NCBI GenBank assembly: GCA_003527405.1
Contig: DPXH01000072.1
Coordinates: 1 to 31,591 of the forward strand
Direction: 5' to 3'
Source of the DNA: Candidatus Sediminicultor tertius
GTDB lineage: Bacteria; Atribacterota; Phoenicimicrobiia; Phoenicimicrobiales; Phoenicimicrobiaceae
DNA: 31,591 nt
Under the pieces are notes generated by a model. The model worked only from the letters and a program-made list of their open reading frames with translations. It ran no database searches and had not been told where the DNA came from. The first letter of the stretch is position 1, and each line of letters begins with the position of its first letter. Made by a program: the position numbers and the translations under genes. Positions 27,864 through 31,591 of the stretch are shown one piece after another.

Positions 27864-28676
27864 GTGAATATAAAATTAGATGACGAGGATAAAGAAAGAG
27901 ATACAGAGGAGGAGGAAGAGGAAGAAGAAGGCAGAAGGAATCAGCCTTTAGCATTGAGAGTCACCAAAATATTAATTTTTTATCTGGCTTTAGGTTTTTT
28001 GGGTTGGAATTTTTTTTCTTTTATATTCAGTTCAAATTTTTGCAACATCAAAGAGGTCATTATTAAAGGCAATGATTATCTGAGTAAGGATGAAATATTT
28101 TATAAGTCCGGGATACAATTAGGCGAGAATATCTTTAAGTTAGATCTGAAAAAATCTATGGATTCCTTAAAACAAGAACCCCGGATAAAAGAAGTAGAAA
28201 TAAAACGGGTGATACCTAATAAAATCATTATTTCCTTAAAAGAAAGAAAAGCGGCGGCAATTGTCCACATCGGAGAAGAGTATTATTTTTCCACTAAAGA
28301 GGGAATAATTTTATCTAAAAGTGATAAACCGGAGGAAGAGTTTGTCCTGCCCCTGCTATCAGGATTAGAGATTGATGGAATAAAAATAGGAGAAATTATA
28401 GATAAACCTGAATTTAGGCTGGCATTAGAAGGCATTAATTCAGCGGAAGTGATATTACCCAGGAGATTTTGCCGGGTAGAAATATTATCCCCGGACGATT
28501 TTATGATTTGCAATGAGGATAATACCTTAAAAGTTAGAGTTAATAGGCCAGAGGTAATTATTAGTAAAGAAAATTTGTTAAGAGAAGCACTGGAAAAAAT
28601 TGAAAGGGGAAAATTATTAGTAGACTATATAGATATTCGCTTTAAAGACAGCCTGGTAATAAAATTAAAAAAATGA
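27864..28676 (+). CDS. ftsQ: Cell division protein FtsQ/DivIB
   Basis: Charged N-terminal tail, one TM, POTRA-like (I.EVII.GN..LS..EI...NIF..DL...P.IKEVEIKRVIPNKIII.L.ER), C-terminal YIDIRF; upstream of ftsA. GTG start uncertain. Confidence 0.88.
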   Translation: MNIKLDDEDKERDTEEEEEEEEGRRNQPLALRVTKILIFYLALGFLGWNFFSFIFSSNFCNIKEVIIKGNDYLSKDEIFYKSGIQLGENIFKLDLKKSMDSLKQEPRIKEVEIKRVIPNKIIISLKERKAAAIVHIGEEYYFSTKEGIILSKSDKPEEEFVLPLLSGLEIDGIKIGEIIDKPEFRLALEGINSAEVILPRRFCRVEILSPDDFMICNEDNTLKVRVNRPEVIISKENLLREALEKIERGKLLVDYIDIRFKDSLVIKLKK

Positions 28677-28822
28677 TGTTTATAAATTTGTAAAATAAAA
28701 GATATATGTTAGTATAAACTTTACTGGAGTAGTTAGATAAAAAAGAATAACATTGCTTTGTTTCCTTCTTTACCTAATACCCAATAAGAATTTGTTTTGA
28801 TTCTCGGTTTCTATTAGCTTTT

Positions 28823-28875
28823 CGAGATACGATTCACGAGACTTGTCCCTGTGAAAACGGGGATACGAGATACGA
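28823..28875 (-). repeat. 57-bp dispersed element, inverted copy
   Basis: Reverse complement tcgtatctcgtatccccgttttcacagggacaagtctcgtgaatcgtatctcg differs from the 7756 and 22266 copies at 2 positions. Confidence 0.85.
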
Positions 28876-28887
28876 GATTTTAGTCTG

Positions 28888-28916
28888 TTTACTTTAATTT
28901 CTCAGTAGTGTATGAT
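28888..28916 (+). promoter_or_regulatory. Putative internal promoter for ftsA-ftsZ
   Basis: TTTACT (28888-28893), 17 bp, TATGAT (28911-28916). Confidence 0.45.
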
Positions 28917-28938
28917 ATTTTTAAGCATGCAGGAGGTT

Positions 28939-30183
28939 ATGAATATGGGAATGGATGAAATTGTAGTCGGTCTGGATATAGGTTCCGGAAAAGTATGTAC
29001 AGTTGTAGGTGAATTAGGTGTGGGTGATGAGATAGAAATTATTGGCGTAGGTACATCCCCCTCCCTGGGAATAAGAAAAGGAATAATTATTGATTTGGAA
29101 CAAGCCATACAATCAGTAAAGGAATCTATTGAAAGCGCTGAACGTATGGCAGGAACTCGCATTAATTCTGCTTTTGTCTCTATCGCAGGAAGTCATATAA
29201 CCTCTGTAAATAGCAAAGGAGTTATTGCTATTTCCGGAGAGTCCCCGGAAATTACGGAAAATGACATTGAAAAGGTTATAGAAGCGGCTAAAGCAGGAAT
29301 AGTTTCTTCCGAGAAAGAATTAATTCATACCTTAAGCCGCGAATTTATAGTTGACGGCCAGAGCGGAATATCGGATCCTCTGGGAATGTCGGGGGCAAGA
29401 TTGGAGTGTAAAGTTCATATTATAACAGGTTCAATTACCGCTGTGCAAAATTTAGTTAAATGTGTAGAAGGAGTGGGGTTGGACATTGAGGAAATAATTT
29501 TTGGAACCTTAGCCTCCAGTAATGCAGTTTTAAGTAATGCCGAGAAAGATTTAGGAGTTTTATTAATTGATATTGGTGCGGGGACTACTGAAATAGCAAT
29601 TTTTGTTGAAGGGGGATTGGCTTATTCTGCAGTTCTACCGGTAGGAGGCATTCAAATAACTAATGATTTAGCCGTTGGTTTAAGAACTTCTATAGAGGAA
29701 GCCAAAAAGATTAAAATTAACTATGGAAGCGCAGTTGAAAAGAGTGTTTCTCCTGAAAAATTAATAGAGATTCTCAGTATAGACGGAAAGGACAAACATA
29801 ATGTATCTCAAAAGTACCTGGTAGATATAATTGAGCCCCGGGTAAGTGAAATATTTAGTTTGGTAAGAACTGAAGTTAGAAAATCCGGGTGTTATAATAT
29901 GATTCCCGGAGGAATAGTTATAACCGGAGGAAGTTCTTTACTGCCCGGTATCTCAGAGGTTGCAGAACAGGTCTTAAATTTACCCTCTCGATTAGGGAGA
30001 CCTCACTACGAAGGGGAGTTAGCAGATATGATAAACGACCCATCCTATTCTGAAGCAATTGGATTATTAAGTTTTGCTACCGAAAAATATTCTATCGGAA
30101 GATCATTCCACTTAACCAAAAGAAAAGCGGGAGCAAAAAATATTTTTACTCGAATCATTAATTGGTTGAAAGATTTTTTTTAG
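28939..30183 (+). CDS. ftsA: Cell division protein FtsA
   Basis: GLDIGSGKVC, GIRKG.I.D, DPLGMSGARLE, IDIGAGTT, GG..ITNDLA, ITGGSSLL.G. Start set at ATG 28939 after AGGAGG. Confidence 0.97.
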   Translation: MNMGMDEIVVGLDIGSGKVCTVVGELGVGDEIEIIGVGTSPSLGIRKGIIIDLEQAIQSVKESIESAERMAGTRINSAFVSIAGSHITSVNSKGVIAISGESPEITENDIEKVIEAAKAGIVSSEKELIHTLSREFIVDGQSGISDPLGMSGARLECKVHIITGSITAVQNLVKCVEGVGLDIEEIIFGTLASSNAVLSNAEKDLGVLLIDIGAGTTEIAIFVEGGLAYSAVLPVGGIQITNDLAVGLRTSIEEAKKIKINYGSAVEKSVSPEKLIEILSIDGKDKHNVSQKYLVDIIEPRVSEIFSLVRTEVRKSGCYNMIPGGIVITGGSSLLPGISEVAEQVLNLPSRLGRPHYEGELADMINDPSYSEAIGLLSFATEKYSIGRSFHLTKRKAGAKNIFTRIINWLKDFF

Positions 30184-30240
30184 TTTTTTTATTGCCATTA
30201 AATGGGCAAATATTCCATTATTTGTGGGGGAGGTTATAAA

Positions 30241-31299
30241 TTGTTTAACCTTAATAGTAAAGTAGGAGAATTTATCGAGATAAAGGTAATCGGTATAGGC
30301 GGCGGCGGCGGAAATGCGGTTAACAGAATGATTGACGCGAAATTACAAGGGGTTAATTATATTTCGGCTAATACCGATGCTCAAGTGTTAGCCTTTTCTA
30401 ATGCAGAACAAAAAATACAAATCGGCAGTAGGATAACCAAAGGTTTGGGTAGTGGATCGGATCCTGAAATTGGCCGTAAAGCTGCGGAAGAAGACAAAGA
30501 CAGGATTACTAAAACTTTAAAAGGAGCGGATATGGTATTCATCACCGCTGGAATGGGTGGCGGAACAGGAACCGGTGGTGCCCCTATCGTTGCTCGGATA
30601 TCCAAAGATTTGGGTGCTTTAACGGTGGGAATGGTAACCAAACCTTTTTCTTTTGAAGGCCATAAAAGGATGAAACAGGCTGAGGAAGGAATAAAATTAT
30701 TAAAAGAATGTGTAGATACTTTAATCGTAATACCCAATGATAGATTACTTCAGATTGTCGAGGAAAATACTTCTGTATTGGATGCTTTTAAAATTGCTGA
30801 TGAAGTTCTGCTGCATGGTATTCAGGGAATTACCGAAATCGTAGTCGAACCGGGTTTAATAAATGTAGATTTTGCGGATGTTAAAATGATTATAGAAAAT
30901 GCCGGCACAGCTATAATGGGATTGGGAAGAGCCAGCGGTGAAAACCGGGCTGTAGAAGCAGCTCAAAGAGCTGTAAACAGTCCAATTTTAGATACAAAAA
31001 TCGATGGAGCTAAAGGATTGTTGTTTAATATCAGCGGAAGTACAAGTTTAACTTTGCATGAAGTTAATAAAGCTGCTGAAATAATTTCTAAGGCAGCTAA
31101 TCCGGAAGCTAATATTATTTTTGGAGCGGTAATTGACAAAGGGTTAAATGACGAAGTGAAGGTAACGGTAATAGCTACCGGATTTGAAACCTTAGACAGA
31201 ATCACAGAAGAACCCAAGTTTGAGGAGATTGACTTCGATAAAGATAAGATAAGTTATAATGATTTAGATATTCCTACTTTTTTAAGGGAGAAAAAGTAA
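30241..31299 (+). CDS. ftsZ: Cell division protein FtsZ
   Basis: [43 protein letters not shown]-terminal DIPTFLR. Start set at TTG 30241 after GGGGGAGG. Confidence 0.98.
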   Translation: MFNLNSKVGEFIEIKVIGIGGGGGNAVNRMIDAKLQGVNYISANTDAQVLAFSNAEQKIQIGSRITKGLGSGSDPEIGRKAAEEDKDRITKTLKGADMVFITAGMGGGTGTGGAPIVARISKDLGALTVGMVTKPFSFEGHKRMKQAEEGIKLLKECVDTLIVIPNDRLLQIVEENTSVLDAFKIADEVLLHGIQGITEIVVEPGLINVDFADVKMIIENAGTAIMGLGRASGENRAVEAAQRAVNSPILDTKIDGAKGLLFNISGSTSLTLHEVNKAAEIISKAANPEANIIFGAVIDKGLNDEVKVTVIATGFETLDRITEEPKFEEIDFDKDKISYNDLDIPTFLREKK

Positions 31300-31303
31300 G
31301 AAA

Positions 31304-31591
31304 TAGCGTGGAGCGTACAGCGTTTAGCGTTTAGGTTCGGGCTGCAAGTACAAGATTAATTAGTCTACCGATCTTCCAGTCTACCAGTCAGCCAATCAAA
31401 TTAGCCGTTAGTAATAGTTAGCGTAGAGCGCATAGTAATTTAGTATCGAGTATCGCGTTATAGTTAACCAGTTTAAAACTAGATTCCACTAATTTGTTGT
31501 CAGAAAATGACCTTTTGGCAGGTTTTATTTCTTGTAGGGGGCGGATTTATCCGCCCCTTTTTTAGTAACTTTAAGAGCGGGTTCGATAAAT
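31304..31591. repeat. Repeat-built region after ftsZ, ending in an inverted type-1 REPIN-like doublet truncated by the window edge
   Basis: tagcgtggagcgtacagcgtttagcgt, agtatcgagtatcgcg, GTAGGGGGCGGATTTATCCGCCCC (31534-31557), then cgggttcgataaat at the edge. Confidence 0.7.

Noticed and set aside
756-31217. Antisense ORFs overlapping real genes (756-1097, 2038-2349, 2156-2341, 6913-7116, 9434-9730, 10694-10879, 13662-14009, 14201-14392, 18866-19054, 22861-23046, 25373-25636, 26687-27112, 28283-28513, 28902-29162, 30381-30737, 30963-31217)
   Set aside because: Shadow frames of well-supported + strand genes with no recognisable motifs.
17429-31313. Extra GTGGAG hexamers (17429, 21901, 31308) as internal MraZ operators
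   Set aside because: Single copies that are variants of the GTRKAGC heptamer unit, without the 10-bp-period triplet seen at 13720-13745.

Overview
Low-GC, AT-rich bacterial chromosomal window with every supported gene on the + strand. Gene style is consistent with an anaerobic lineage such as Atribacterota, but that is only an inference. The left part holds the 3' end of glnS, a CPBP/CAAX protease, a long-form ndk and a NifU-C protein. Next comes an unexplained three-gene module: a 1641-aa protein with HD, helical-repeat, NadD-like nucleotidyltransferase, GNAT-like and PRTase-like regions, then an LDH/MDH-fold protein with altered catalytic residues, then a tandem flavodoxin-fold protein with a 4-Cys motif. 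rlmN follows closely. The middle holds tRNA-Ile2(CAT), a coiled-coil/Zn-ribbon gene and RNase P RNA. The right part is a dcw cluster (mraZ rsmH ftsL ftsI murE murF mraY ftsW murG murC murB ftsQ ftsA ftsZ) with no murD or ddl and with an atypical MurE. Many intergenic spacers are built from recurring repeat modules: GTAG-footed REP/REPIN-like hairpins, ATTCCC-N8-GGGAAT hairpins, a 57-bp element, A/T-rich inverted arms, and polarised 7-bp tandem arrays. No transposase and no CRISPR array are present. The best candidate for an undescribed system is the 2825-10493 module; the second is the polarised, nested spacer-repeat system.
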